A stretch of 64,000 nt of DNA from Eledone cirrhosa (GCA_964016885.1 OZ024756.1:14384001-14448000), one strand, 5' to 3'. Shown: positions 11,314-24,114, counted from the first letter of the stretch. The notes: generated by a model not told the origin, from the sequence alone. Numbers and translations: made by a program.

Positions 11314-11690
11314 GGTATAGCGTGATGTAATAATTTGTGGAAGAGAACGTTAAAATATCATTATATATATCACCTGTAGACTGTGGACAAAAACCATTAA
11401 TCTGGATACCTAAATATGGAATGTTACGCGATGGGGCCTCCCCACAGCCCCGGCGGACAGGATGGAGAAGGCGGTCCCACGGAGGACGGCAAGGGAGACG
11501 CGCTGGAAAAGCCACTTCAACTCGCGGGGTTCACACCTGCGGCTGGCCAGCTCAGCGCCTATGGTGGTGAGTAAGGAGGACACCAGAAGTCTCCTCTGCC
11601 AGGGGTAGAACCGCAAACCTGTAGGAGAGCGACCAGTATTTGAGGAGTTTGGTCTCCTCAACCCGACGTGCAGCAGAACCTGGGTTAGTC
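11314..11690 (-). mobile_element. CRE-clade non-LTR retrotransposon 3' fragment inside the 26-bp satellite
   Basis: PGSAARRVEETKLLKY..PLAEETSGV / LLTTIGAELASRRCEPRELKWLFQRVSLAVLRGTAFSIL matches the C-terminal restriction-like endonuclease region of CRE elements; GC-rich island. Confidence 0.7.
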
Positions 11691-14565
11691 GTAGTCTAGT
11701 TACACTATATATTACAGTAGCCTAGTTACACTATATAATACAGTAGTCTAGTTACACTATATTACAGTAGTCTAGTTACACTATATATTACAGTAGCCTA
11801 GTTACACTATATATTACAGTAGTCTAGTTACACTATATATTACAGTAGCCTAGTTACACTATATATTACAGTAGTCTAGTTACACTATATATTACAGTAG
11901 TCTAGTTACAATATATATTACAGTAGCCTAGTTACACTATATATTACAGTAGTCTAGTTACACTATATATTACAGTAGTCTAGTTACACTATATATTACA
12001 GTAGTCTAGTTACACTATATATTACAGTAGCCTAGTTACACTATATATTACAGTAGCCTAGTTACACTATATATTACAGTAGCCTAGTTACACTATATAT
12101 TACAGTAGCCTAGTTACACTATATATTACAGTAGTCTAGTTACACTATATATTACAGTAGTCTAGTTACACTATATATTACAGTAGTCTAGTTACACTAT
12201 ATATTACAGTAGTCTAGTTACACTATATATTACAGTAGTCTAGTTACACTATATATTACAGTAGTCCTAGTTACAATATATATTACAGTAGCCTAGTTAC
12301 ACTATATATTACAGTAGTCTAGTTACACTATATATTACAGTAGTCTAGTTACACTATATATTACAGTAGTCTAGTTACACTATATATTACAGTAGCCTAG
12401 TTACACTATATATTACAGTAGCCTAGTTACACTATATATTACAGTAGTCTAGTTACACTATATATTACAGTAGCCTAGTTACACTATATATTACAGTAGT
12501 CTAGTTACACTATATATTACAGTAGTCTAGTTACACTATATATTACAGTAGTCTAGTTACACTATATAATACAGTAGCCTAGTTACACTATATATTACAG
12601 TAGCCTAGTTACACTATATATTACAGTAGCCTAGTTACACTATATATTACAGTAGTCTAGTTACACTATATATTACAGTAGTCTAGTTACACTATATAAT
12701 ACAGTAGCCTAGTTACACTATATATTACAGTAGCCTAGTTACACTATATATTACAGTAGCCTAGTTACACTATATATTACAGTAGTCTAGTTACACTATA
12801 TATTACAGTAGTCTAGTTACACTATATATTACAGTAGTCTAGTTACACTATATAATACAGTAGCCTAGTTACACTATATATTACAGTAGCCTAGTTACAC
12901 TATATATTACAGTAGTCTAGTTACACTATATAATACAGTAGCCTAGTTACACTATATATTACAGTAGTCTAGTTACACTATATAATACAGTAGTCTAGTT
13001 ACACTATATATTACAGTAGTCTAGTTACACTATATAATACAGTAGTCTAGTTACACTATATATTACAGTAGTCTAGTTACACTATATATTACAGTAGTCT
13101 AGTTACACTATATAATACAGTAGTCTAGTTACAATATATAATACAGTAGTCTAGTTACACTATATAATACAGTAGTCTAGTTACACTATATAATACAGTA
13201 GTCTAGTTACACTATATATTACAGTAGCCTAGTTACACTATATATTACAGTAGTCTAGTTACACTATATAATACAGTAGTCTAGTTACACTATATATTAC
13301 AGTAGCCTAGTTACACTATATATTACAGTAGCCTAGTTACACTATATATTACAGTAGCCTAGTTACACTATATATTACAGTAGTCTAGTTACACTATATA
13401 ATACAGTAGTCTAGTTACAATATATATTACAGTAGCCTAGTTACACTATATATTACAGTAGTCTAGTTACACTATATATTACAGTAGCCTAGTTACACTA
13501 TATATTACAGTAGCCTAGTTACACTATATAATACAGTAGCCTAGTTACACTATATATTACAGTAGTCTAGTTACACTATATAATACAGTAGTCTAGTTAC
13601 ACTATATAATACAGTAGTCTAGTTACAATATATATTACAGTAGCCTAGTTACACTATATAATACAGTAGCCTAGTTACACTATATATTACAGTAGCCTAG
13701 TTACACTATATAATACAGTAGTCTAGTTACAATATATATTACAGTAGCCTAGTTACACTATATAATACAGTAGTCTAGTTACACTATATATTACAGTAGC
13801 CTAGTTACACTATATATTACAGTAGCCTAGTTACACTATATATTACAGTAGTCTAGTTACACTATATATTACAGTAGCCTAGTTACACTATATATTACAG
13901 TAGCCTAGTTACACTATATATTACAGTAGTCTAGTTACACTATATATTACAGTAGCCTAGTTACACTATATATTACAGTAGCCTAGTTACACTATATATT
14001 ACAGTAGCCTAGTTACACTATATAATACAGTAGTCTAGTTACACTATATATTACAGTAGTCTAGTTACACTATATATTACAGTAGTCTAGTTACACTATA
14101 TATTACAGTAGTCTAGTTACACTATATATTACAGTAGTCTAGTTACACTATATATTACAGTAGTCTAGTTACACTATATATTACAGTAGTCTAGTTACAC
14201 TATATATTACAGTAGTCTAGTTACACTATATATTACAGTAGTCTAGTTAGACTATATATTACAGTAGTCTAGTTAGACTATATATTACAGTAGTCTAGTT
14301 ACACTATATATTACAGTAGTCTAGTTACACTATATATTACAGTAGTCTAGTTACACTATATATTACAGTAGTCTAGTTACACTATATATTACAGTAGTCT
14401 AGTTACACTATATATTACAGTAGCCTAGTTACACTATATATTACAGTAGTCTAGTTACACTATATAATACAGTAGTCTAGTTACACTATATATTACAGTA
14501 GCCTAGTTACACTATATATTACAGTAGTCTAGTTACAATATATATTACAGTAGTCTAGTTACACA
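11691..14565. repeat. 26-bp minisatellite, about 110 copies (plus about 1.5 units at 11275-11313)
   Basis: Unit TTACACTATATATTACAGTAG(T/C)CTAG. Confidence 0.97.
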
Positions 14566-14589
14566 AATTTACACAACCACTGTGTGTTC

Positions 14590-14916
14590 GTGTTTAACCT
14601 CCGTCGAGTTCGAAGATGTGTTCCGGTTGTTCGATCAACGGAACAGCCTGCTCTTGGAATTTAACGTGCAAGTGGCTGAGCATTCCACAGACAAGTACAC
14701 TGTTAACGTAGTTCTAGGAGAGAGTCAGTGTGGCGTAACGTGTGAAAATGTTGATGCCTTTGAAATACAAGCACAACTCATTCTTTTGCCAGCTCAGTGG
14801 ACTGGAACAACGCGAAGTAAAGTGTCTTGCTGAAGAACACAACGCACTACCGTAAATCGAACTCATGTCTTAAAGATCGTGAGTTAAATAACCTAACAAC
14901 TAAGACACCAGCCTTC
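14590..14916 (-). mobile_element. tRNA-derived SINE (family of 2956-3235)
   Basis: Reverse complement head GGTGTCTTAGTTGTTAGG..GAGTTCGATT, AGCAAGACACTTTA, GCACGTTAAATT..GAGCAGGCTGTTCCGTTGATCG. Confidence 0.75.
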
Positions 14917-15719
14917 ATATACACACAATTTATATAGACATAAGAATGATAGATAGTATATATTTTAGTATAGGATATAAATAAGCAAGGCTTGGAGAAG
15001 GATGGACTCTGCAAGGCTTAAAATGCCCAAGAAACGCCGTATGTCAATACAGTGCCCCAACGACTCTATTGGGAGTTATGGGGCCATACATTCATGCAAA
15101 AATAAGCAATGACGATAATTCTTTCTAATATAGACCAGCAATTTAGGGGGAAGGGAAAGCCGATTATATCGACCCCAGTACTTAACTGGTACTTTATTTT
15201 ATTGGCATCGAAAGGATGAAAGTTAAAGCTGATCTTGGGGGAGTTTGAACTCTGAACATAAAGAGATGAAGCAAATACCGCAAATTTTTGTCTGCATGTT
15301 TTGATTCTGCCAATAATGGTTTCTGATTTAGGCACAAGGCCAACAATTTTGAGGGAGGGGAAAGTTGATTAGATTTACCCCAGTGGATATATATATATAT
15401 ATATATATGGATGTTTTGGCATTAGATAAATTGTTTTAAATGCTTCTCTGATTCTTTTCATTGAGATATCCAATATTAGTGACAAATAGCGTTCTGTCTG
15501 AAATCTATATATTTCAGAAGATCCCGTAATAGGCTGAAAGCAGAGATTCTTTGCTTAAACTTTAATCTGTACTAATAATAAATATTTGCTCTATGGGTTT
15601 ATATATACTTATATATACTGGTAATGGGGTAGTGCTTAATACTACCCTTTCATATTTATAATTATATATAACTCATATATAAGTATAAATATTATATATA
15701 TAACTCATATATAAGTATA

Positions 15720-15758
<39 letters not shown>

Positions 15759-15854
15759 CATATATAAGTATAAATATTATATATATATATATAAACTCAT
15801 ATATAAGTATAAATATTATATATATATATATATATAAACTCATATATAAGTATA

Positions 15855-15891
<37 letters not shown>

Positions 15892-15905
15892 CATATATAA
15901 GTATA

Positions 15906-15940
<35 letters not shown>

Positions 15941-15943
<3 letters not shown>

Positions 15944-16135
15944 CGAAGATGTGGTAAGGAACCAGGTGGACCATAACGCACCAGAGTACTCAATACTTAG
16001 GGTAGTAGAGTGGAGAATAGGAAAATGTAGTATGACCCCGACGGCAGAGCTCAAGCCGTGTCGACGGCTATTTCTGGACTCAGAAATACCCGTCGAAACG
16101 GCTTGAGCTCTGCCGTCGGTGGTCATACATTTCCC

Positions 16136-16138
<3 letters not shown>
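15941..16138. mobile_element. (TA)n-embedded foldback element
   Basis: About 60-bp GC-rich arms 16017-16076 / 16081-16138 around loop GACT; right arm carries GTC-GAAA-CGG (hammerhead 3' half-like). Confidence 0.75.
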
Positions 16139-16167
<29 letters not shown>

Positions 16168-16342
16168 ATAAAATACCAGTCAAGTACTGTTCAACTTTGC
16201 CGTTCCCCCCAAATTTGTTGACCTTGTGCCTAAATTAGAAGATGGGGTGTAATAGTAATTTAAGGGAGCGTAGTTAGGGGATAGGTTTAGAATTTTTAAA
16301 GATGAAATTTATGTTTCTCCTGTTGTTGTTAATGTTTTAAAC

Positions 16343-16817
16343 CAGAGGTTCTCAAAGTGGGTGCTATCAGGCATTAAGTAAGTCCTGGGGGCACTGGGGT
16401 ATGAGGGCGCAGTGAGGAAAAGGGCGGTAGAGATTATATATAGTATATTAAATATCAAATTATACATCTATCTATCTAAGGCGGGTAAAATTCCCGAGAT
16501 CCATGGACGAGTTCTCTCCAGCGGTCTCTGTCCCTCATTATCGCTGCCATGTCCTGCGTCTCCAACAGACCAGTGTCTGTCCTTAGGGCATCAACATATG
16601 TTAACCTTGGTCTTCCTCTTCCAGTGTGTCCAAATTATACATATTATATATAAATGTAGTAAAATAAAAAAAAATATAATATTCATACATAGTGTATAAT
16701 ATATTATTTACAACATGCATGTAGGTAGGTCTCTCTGGAAATAAGGATGGGTGGGGGTGGGGGCTAGGGGTATTACGTGAGAATGAGGCGGGGCGATGTC
16801 CCCAAAAGTTTGAGAAG
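16343..16817. mobile_element. hAT-like MITE interrupted by an RTE 3' fragment (16468-16631, minus)
   Basis: CAGAGGTTCTCAAA ... TTTGAGAA termini; insert translates GRGRPRLTYVDALRTDTGL..MRDRDRWRELV with an (ATAG)n tail. Confidence 0.6.
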
Positions 16818-16871
16818 AAAAGTTTAAAAGAATATGGCCAATAAAACCGTCATAAATTGCTCCTTATTCAG

Positions 16872-16898
16872 TCGTTCCCTCATCCAAAACCTACATAA
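16872..16898 (+). CDS. Candidate terminal exon of the plus-strand gene (SFPHPKPT*)
   Basis: Acceptor tccttattcag, phase 0 matching exon C, stop TAA, AATAAA near 16924; very short, weak support. Confidence 0.3.
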   Translation, partial: SFPHPKPT

Positions 16899-17214
16899 CA
16901 CACGTCTCGATGATGAGTGTTATAATAAAAATTGGCTGTTATTTTGTAAGACATTATACCCTACCCCCCCCCCCCCCCCCCCCTCTCCCAGAGAATATTT
17001 CTAAGACATATTACAATTTTTTTTGTATATTCTATATTTTTATGATTAATATCATATATAGTTTGTAATTTATATGAAGCAACGTGGAATATATGTGGTT
17101 GGGATTGTGTTAAGAAAGTCGGTACAATGCAAGTTAGACAAGAAGGAGTGAAAACTAGAGTAAAGTAAGACAAGCAAATGAAAAAGAAAGCAACAAAACT
17201 TTTACCTTACATAC

Positions 17215-17259
17215 CTTGATATTTGGGGTTTATGGCCGCGTTTTCTCAAAAGAAAGCGA
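17215..17259 (-). CDS. Candidate small exon M4 (S-RFLLRKRGHKPQIS)
   Basis: Acceptor cacacttcag, donor AG/gtatgt, phase 2/2, compatible with M3. Confidence 0.25.
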
Positions 17260-17414
17260 CTGAAGTGTGATGGTTAAGAGAAGGCGAGCTCTTCTGTTCA
17301 GATATGGCATCGGAGGGGGGGGGGGGTGATATGGATAGCCATCTAGAATCATATTAGACTATCGGTTTCGCGTAACTCGCATTTCTAAATAATCCCTCAA
17401 TACTTCATGTAAAC

Positions 17415-17467
<53 letters not shown>

Positions 17468-17644
17468 AATCTATAAATATGGATAGTAGTACTAGCCGGT
17501 TACTGGTATGACAAAAGGCTCAATGCAAATTTTCAAGTGTTTTACAGAGTCGAGATACAAAGTGTTAAAACGATCAAATTATAAATATATAAATGTCGTG
17601 TGTGAAACTCGATTTTTCGAACTTACTAAGCACCAAGGAAATAA

Positions 17645-17827
17645 ATATATAAGATGTAGGAAGCCCAGACACAGAAAAATAACTACAATTACAGTCAAAT
17701 TCTATAAAATAGCTTATGAAGACTCCCTAGAGATGGTAAAATCTTTAGGGGTCGTTACCCGATTTTTATAGCAACTGATTATAATTGTAGTTATTTTCTA
17801 CGTCTGAGCTTCCTGCATCTTATATAT
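17645..17827. mobile_element. (TA)n-associated foldback element
   Basis: Imperfect arms 17645-17710 / 17762-17827 with an internal stem GACTCCCTAGAGAT/ATCTTTAGGGGTC. Confidence 0.65.
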
Positions 17828-17844
17828 GTATATACATATATATA

Positions 17845-17943
17845 CAGGGTGTCTCCAAAAATGTATACACACTTTGATTACCTATGCAGGCAATATTAAT
17901 TAGAACGTTGTTGAAGTGTGTATACATTTTTGGGGGACACCCT
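17845..17943. mobile_element. About 100-bp Tc1/mariner-type MITE
   Basis: TA-CAGGGTGTCTCCAAAAATGTATACACAC...GTGTGTATACATTTTTGGGGGACACCCT. Confidence 0.8.
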
Positions 17944-18097
17944 ATTTATATATATTTTTTCTATTTGATAATACATTAAGGTATATTATTATATGTTTCT
18001 GTCTGTTTTTATGTGATAGCATTGCTTTTGATAAAATATCTTTGTAAAATATCTGAAGAAAACAAAATGGCGCATGCTTTCTTGTGTATTGTTTTGC

Positions 18098-18158
<61 letters not shown>

Positions 18159-18503
18159 ATTTACATATATATTTATACATATTTTATTGTTATCTTTTAT
18201 CTGTATATATTTGTGTGAGGACACGCAGCTTTTCAGTGCACGGTTTAAGCATTTGAGAATCGCAATATTTCTCCCCTGCCCCACCACCGTATTCTTTTTT
18301 TTCCTTTCTCTTGTTTTTTTTTTTTTTTATTTAAATTTAAATTTAAATTAAATTGAATAAAAAAAAAAATATTAAGATCAAATTTCACCACGTTCTTACC
18401 ACATAAGTTTCTATGGAAACTTCACGCCTCTGTCCACCTCCAACACCGCCACCACTTCATTCTTGACCACACACATTGACACTACACTACACACTCTACT
18501 TAC

Positions 18504-18535
18504 CTCTGCATGATGATCGTTATCTGTAATGACCA
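18504..18535 (-). CDS. Candidate micro-exon M3 ([WSLQ]ITIIMQ)
   Basis: Consensus donor AG/gtaagt; two in-frame acceptors (exon start 18535 or 18523), phase 0/2. Confidence 0.3.
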
Positions 18536-18813
18536 CTACGAGATCAATGAAAATGTAAGATGGCTCAACCAATTACCCCCCCCCCCCCACCTCTTTAATT
18601 CATTCGTAATTCTTACCTTTATTCCTCTACCTATTGTTCTACTCAACCCACCACCCACTTACTTTCAAATTCGAATGTCCACCGCCCTGCCAACAACACC
18701 ATTACTCTGACCATCCCACTTGCATTGTCAACTCTACCACCACCACCATTACCGTCCCCTTTTCATTACTCTCACTACTCCCCCCCTTCCTCTTCTATCA
18801 CCATCCCCTACAC

Positions 18814-18954
18814 CAGTGGTTCCCAAAATGGCTTCCACAAAGGAGTGTCTGGTAGAGGAACATATTTATATTACGACCGTATGACAGTATTAGACTTTGG
18901 GGTCCCCCCCGAAAGTTTCTGAACCAAAAAGGGTTCCGTGTTTGGGTAACCCTG
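18814..18954. mobile_element. hAT MITE with 8-bp TSD
   Basis: CAGTGGTTCCCAAA / TTTGGGTAACCCTG termini; TSD CCCTACAC / CCCTACAT. Confidence 0.7.
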
Positions 18955-19251
18955 CCCTACATATACACACCCGCTATAATAATAATAATAATACCCCCCA
19001 CTCCCCCTATCATTAACCAATATCACTCTACCCCCACCCTCTTCTATCAATATCCCCCCCCCACCTCGCTACATCATTAACCAATATCACTACCCCCACC
19101 CTCTTCTATCACCATCCCCTACACACACACACACCCTATAACATTCCCTCCCCCCACCTCGCTACATCATTAACCAATATGTAGATACACTTAGTTCATA
19201 GCAGCCTTTTATGTATCTGTTATTACCTGGCACTCCTAACTCTTTTGTTGT

Positions 19252-19305
19252 CATGTGATTGTACCACGTGATTGTACCATGTGACGTTTCAGAAAGCCTA
19301 TAAAA
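19252..19305 (+). promoter_or_regulatory. Triple E-box cluster followed by a TATA-like box
   Basis: CATGTG, CACGTG, CATGTG at 13-bp spacing, then TATAAAA at 19299; function untested. Confidence 0.25.
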
Positions 19306-19589
19306 ATGTTGAATTATTTAAATATTAATTAATGTAGTAGAAAGAACACCTGAATAATTGTTTCTACTTTTGGCACAAGGCCAGTAATTACCCCAGTGCA
19401 TTACCGGTACTTTATTTTATCGACCCCGTAAGGATGAAAGGCAAAGTTAACCTCGGCGGGATTTGAACTCAGAATGGCAAGGGCCGTAACTCTATGCGTC
19501 AAAGCATGGCGTCCGACCCTCGACCGATACTGCCAATCTAATGAAACATTAATTTAGTGGAGAACATGCTTTCTAATTAATTGAAAGAT

Positions 19590-21275
19590 TGGTTGAGTGG
19601 TTGGTTGAGTATATGAATGACTGAGTGAGGGATTGGGGGAGTGATTGAGTGAGTGAGGGATTGATTGAGGGAGTGGTTGAGTGAGGGAGGGATTGGGAGA
19701 GTGATTGAGGGAGTGAGGATTGATTGAGGGAGTGGTTGAGTGAGGGAGTGGTTGAGTGAGTGAGGGATTGGGGGAGTGATTGAGGGAGTGAGGGATTGAT
19801 TGAGGGAGTGGTTGAGTGAGGGAGGGATTGGGGGAGTGATTGAGTGAGTGAGGGAGGGATTGGGAGAGTGATTGAGGGAGTGAGGATTGATTGAGGGAGT
19901 GGTTGAGTGAGGGAGTGGTTGAGTGAGTGAGGGATTGGGGGAGTGATTGAGGGAGTGAGGGATTGATTGAGGGAGTGGTTGAGTGAGGGAGGGATTGGGG
20001 GAGTGATTGAGTGAGTGAGGGATTGATTGAGGGAGTGGTTGAGTGAGGGAGGGATTGGGAGAGTGATTGAGGGAGTGAGGATTGATTGAGGGAGTGGTTG
20101 AGTGAGGGAGTGGTTGAGTAAGTGAGGGATTGGGGGAGTGATTGAGGGAGTGAGGGATTGATTGAGGGAGTGGTTGAGTGAGGGAGGGATTGGGGGAGTG
20201 AGGGATTGATTGAGGGAGTGGTTGAGTGAGGTAGGGATTGGGAGAGTGATTGAGGGAGTGAGGATTGATTGAGGGAGTGGTTGAGTGAGGGAGTGGTTGA
20301 GTGAGTGAGGGATTGGGGGAGTGATTGAGGGAGTGAGGGATTGATTGAGGGAGTGGTTGAGTGAGGGAGGGATTGGGGGAGTGATTGAGTGAGTGAGGGA
20401 TTGATTGAGGGAGTGGTTGAGTGAGGGTGTGGTTGAGTGAGGGAGGGATTGGGGGAGTGATTGAGTGAGTGAGGGAGTGGTTGAGTGAGGGAGTGGTTGA
20501 GTGAGGGAGGGATTGAGGGAGTGATTGAGTGAGTGAGGGATTAGGGGAGTGAGGGAGTGATTGAGTGAGTGGTTGAGTGATGGATTGATTGAGAGAGAGA
20601 GAGAGAGTGGTTGAGTGAGGGAGTGGTTGAGTGAGTGACTGAGGGAGTAATTGAGTGAGGGGGTTGAGGGAGTAATTGAGTGGTTGACTGGAGGATTGAG
20701 GGAGTGGTTGAGGGAGTGAGTGGTTGAGGGAGTGAGTGGTTGAGGGAGTGAGTGGTTGAGTGAGGGAGTGGTTGAGTGAGAGTGGTTGAGTGAGGGAGTG
20801 GTTGAGTGAGTGATTGAGGGAGTGGTTGAGTGAGAGAGTGGTTGCGTGGTTGAGTGAGGGAGTGGTTGAGTGAGGGAGTGGTTGAGTGAGAGTGGTTGAG
20901 TGAGGGAGTGGTTGAGTGAAGGATTGAGTGAGTGATTGAGGGAGTGGTTGAGGGAGGGAGTGGTTGAGTGAGAGAGTGGTTGAGTGAGAGAGTGGTTGAG
21001 TGAGTGACTGAGGGAGTAATTGAGTGAGGGGGTTGAGGGAGTAATTGAGTGGTTGACTGGAGGATTGAGTGAGTGATTGAGGGAGTGGTTGAGGGAGTGA
21101 GTGGTTGAGGGAGTGAGTGGTTGAGGGAGTGAGTGGTTGAGTGAGGGAGTGGTTGAGTGAGGGAGTGGTTGAGTGAGAGTGGTTGAGTGAGGGAGTGGTT
21201 GAGTGAGTGATTGAGGGAGTGGTTGAGTGAGAGAGTGGTTGAGTGGTTGAGAGAGAGAGTGGTTGAGTGAGTGAG
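19590..21275. repeat. G-rich, almost C-free complex repeat (GAGT/GAGG/GGTT/GATT tetramers)
   Basis: GAGGGAGTGGTTGAGT-type units with internal block duplications; the 594-aa minus ORF is an artefact. Confidence 0.92.
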
Positions 21276-21432
21276 TTAGGAGTGCTAAGTTGAGGTGTAG
21301 AAGGGGGGGGGGCAAAGACAATTCTAGTATCCCAGCCTCAATCAGGTTGTAGATCAAATGAAGTTTTGTGTCACTTCACAACAAGGCCCAATGAAATGTA
21401 GCTAGAACCCACCGACTGAAAACTAATAAAAG

Positions 21433-21728
21433 ACCCAGACCAGATATAAAATATAGCCCCCCCCCCCCCTTATAAAGCTGGTAAGAGGCCCTGACCAGAT
21501 GTAAAATATAGCTACCCCCTTATAAAGCTGGTAAGAGGCCCAGACCAGATGTAAAATATAGCTACCCCCTTATAAAGCTGGTAAGAGGCCCAGACCAGAT
21601 GTAAAATATAGCTGCCCCCCTTATAAAGCTGGTAATAGGCCCAGACCAGATGTGAAATATAGCTGCATATAGCTGCCCCCCTTATAAAGCTGGTAAGAGG
21701 CCCAGACCAGATGTAAAATATAGCTACC
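21433..21728. repeat. 50-bp tandem repeat, about 5.5 copies
   Basis: Unit CCCAGACCAGATGTAAAATATAGCTACCCCCTTATAAAGCTGGTAAGAGG; diverged relative at 31370-31450. Confidence 0.9.
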
Positions 21729-22016
21729 TCCCGCAACCACACAGTCATTCCACCACACAAACACTTAGTCACCCCATCCCACACAGACACACACACATAT
21801 TGTTGCCTCCCCCTCCACCCAGTCACCATTTCCCCCCTACACCGTTGACCCCCCCACACCACATACATGTCTTTGACTAATGAATACATTAAGGGGGGAG
21901 GGTGCAGTTTGAGGTGGGGGTTGGTACTAGTGGTCATGGCTGATTTACATAACTACTGCTTCACTGTTACATATTGTTGTTGTTGTTACTGTTGTTGTTT
22001 GGGCAGTTTCTTTTAC

Positions 22017-22093
22017 CTCCCTCTGCCATATCTTGTTAATTGAGTTCACATTGAAAATTGGAAAAATGCAAAGGCATGAGAGACACAACATCA
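22017..22093 (-). CDS. Candidate exon M2 (V-MLCLSCLCIFPIFNVNSINKIWQRE)
   Basis: Acceptor cctttattttcag, donor GAG/gtaaaa, phase 1/0, hydrophobic segment. Confidence 0.3.
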
Positions 22094-22137
22094 CTGAAAA
22101 TAAAGGATGGATACAAACAAAATATCTTTATAAAGGA

Positions 22138-22168
<31 letters not shown>

Positions 22169-22214
22169 TTGCAAGGTTTTTGATATGAAATCCTGTGTTG
22201 AAACAGATATCGTA

Positions 22215-22446
22215 ATATTTGGGGAGGGCCATGTTATAATATTTCCAGAAATATATAGTAAAACACACTCATTATTTTTTATATTTATATATAATTAATT
22301 CAGCTGGCAATCAATGATAAACATTGATTGCCAGCTGAATTAATTATATATAAATATCAAAAATATATACTGCAGCAAAAACCAAACAGTGAGTGTGTTT
22401 TACTATATATTTCTGGCAATATTATAACATGGCCCTCCTCAAATAT
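22215..22446. mobile_element. (TA)n-associated foldback element
   Basis: Perfect 36-bp inner arms 22281-22316 / 22322-22357 (loop ATAAA) plus about 55-bp outer arms; related copy at 4880-5050. Confidence 0.75.
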
Positions 22447-22689
22447 AACAATATATATATTACCATCACTGCTACGATGACCGCCATTACCACGACGACC
22501 ACCACTCCTGAGAAGACCACCACCACTCCCACTATTTCCTTTTCTATATTTTTTCCCTTTCTTCTCTGAGGGTTGTCTTTGGTGTCAATCACACCACTCT
22601 TCATCAACACAGTTGTGCTTGCCATTACTTCTACCTTTGTCCTTGCACCTGCCTATGTCATCACATTATGTCCTCGCAACTGTCTATGC

Positions 22690-23986
22690 CAGGGGTGTGC
22701 AACATATTCCATTGGCGGGCCACTTTTGAACATTGGAACAACTATTAGGGCCATTAATATTTATTAAGCACTATTCCAAAGATTCTTCCACAACATGGAA
22801 CTGGGAAATTATAACACACATAACCCTATCAGTGAAGCCCTTTAGTATAGGTCAACTGGGAAATTATAACACACATAACCCTATCAGTGAAGCCCTTTAG
22901 TATAAGTCAACTGGGAAATTATAACACATATAACCCTATCAATGAAACCCTTTAGTATAGGTCAACTGGGAAATTATAACACACATAACCCTATCAGAGA
23001 AGCCCTTTAGTATAGGTCAACTGGGAAACTATAACACACATAACCCTATCAGTGAAGCCCTTTAGTATAAGTCAACTGGGAAATTATAACACACATAACC
23101 CTATCAGTGAAGCCCTTTAATATAGGTCAACTGGGAAATTATAATACACATAACTCTATCAGTGAAACCCTTTAGTATAGGTCAACTGGGAAAATATAAC
23201 ACACATAACCCTATCAGTGAAGCCCTTTAGTATAGGTCAACTGGGAAACTATAACACACATAACCCTATCAGTGAAGCCCTTTAATATAAGTCAACTGGG
23301 AAATTATAACACACATAACCCTATCAGTGAAGCCCTTTAGTATAGGTCAACTGGGAAACTATAACACACATAACCCTATCAGTGAAGCCCTTTAGTATAG
23401 GTCAACTGGGAAACTATAACACACATAACCCTATCAGTGAAGCCCTTTAGTATAGGTCAACTGGGAAATTATAACACACATAACCCTATCAGTGAAGCCC
23501 TTTAGTATAGGTCAACTGGGAAATTATAACACACATAACCCTATCAGTGAAACCCTTTAGTATAGGTCAACTGGGAAACTATAATACACATAACTCTATC
23601 AGTGAAACCCTTTAGTATAGGTCAACTGGGAAACTATAATACACATAACTCTATCAGTGAAACCCTTTAGTATAGGTCAACTGGGAAAATATAACACACA
23701 TAACCCTATCAGTGAAGCCCTTTAGTATAGGTCAACTGAGAAATTATAACACACATAACCCTATCAGTGAAGCCCTTTAGTATAGGTCAACTGGGAAACT
23801 ATAACACACATAACACTATCAGTGAAGCCCTTTAATATAGGTCAACTAACAGAAAATTGTATTACGGTTATGAAAAAAATTTTAAATAAGCCAACAAGGT
23901 GAAAATTAAAACTGGTCATCATGGGCCACTTTGACTGGTCTGGCGGGCCGGATTGTGGCCTGCGGGCCGCCTGTTGCACGCCCCTG
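22690..23986. mobile_element. Non-autonomous hAT element with perfect 8-bp TSD, carrying an internal minisatellite
   Basis: TIRs CAGGGGTGTGCAAC / GTTGCACGCCCCTG, subterminal GCGGGCC motifs, TSD GTCTATGC on both sides. Confidence 0.9.
22799..23847. repeat. 55-bp tandem repeat, about 19 copies
   Basis: Unit AACTGGGAAATTATAACACACATAACCCTATCAGTGAAGCCCTTTAGTATAGGTC. Confidence 0.97.
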
Positions 23987-24114
23987 GTCTATGCCATTGC
24001 ACCTGTCTATGCCATCGCACCTGTCTATGCCATCGCACCTGTCTATGCCATCATATCTGCTTTTGTCATCACAACTGTCTTTGTCATCATGTCTCCATAA
24101 TCACATCTCACTCG

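Noticed and set aside
11691-14565. CRISPR-like appearance of short tandem arrays (26, 30, 37, 41 bp)
   Set aside because: Head-to-tail units with no unique spacers, no cas genes, eukaryotic context
18047-18185. CTGAAGA plus stem II as a hammerhead whose stem III expanded into (TA)n
   Set aside because: The GAAA box is absent and pairing is AT-rich, so it could be chance
19573-21357. 594-aa minus-strand ORF (HSLTQP repeats)
   Set aside because: Translation of a tetramer-based repeat that lacks stops by composition; no splice or domain evidence
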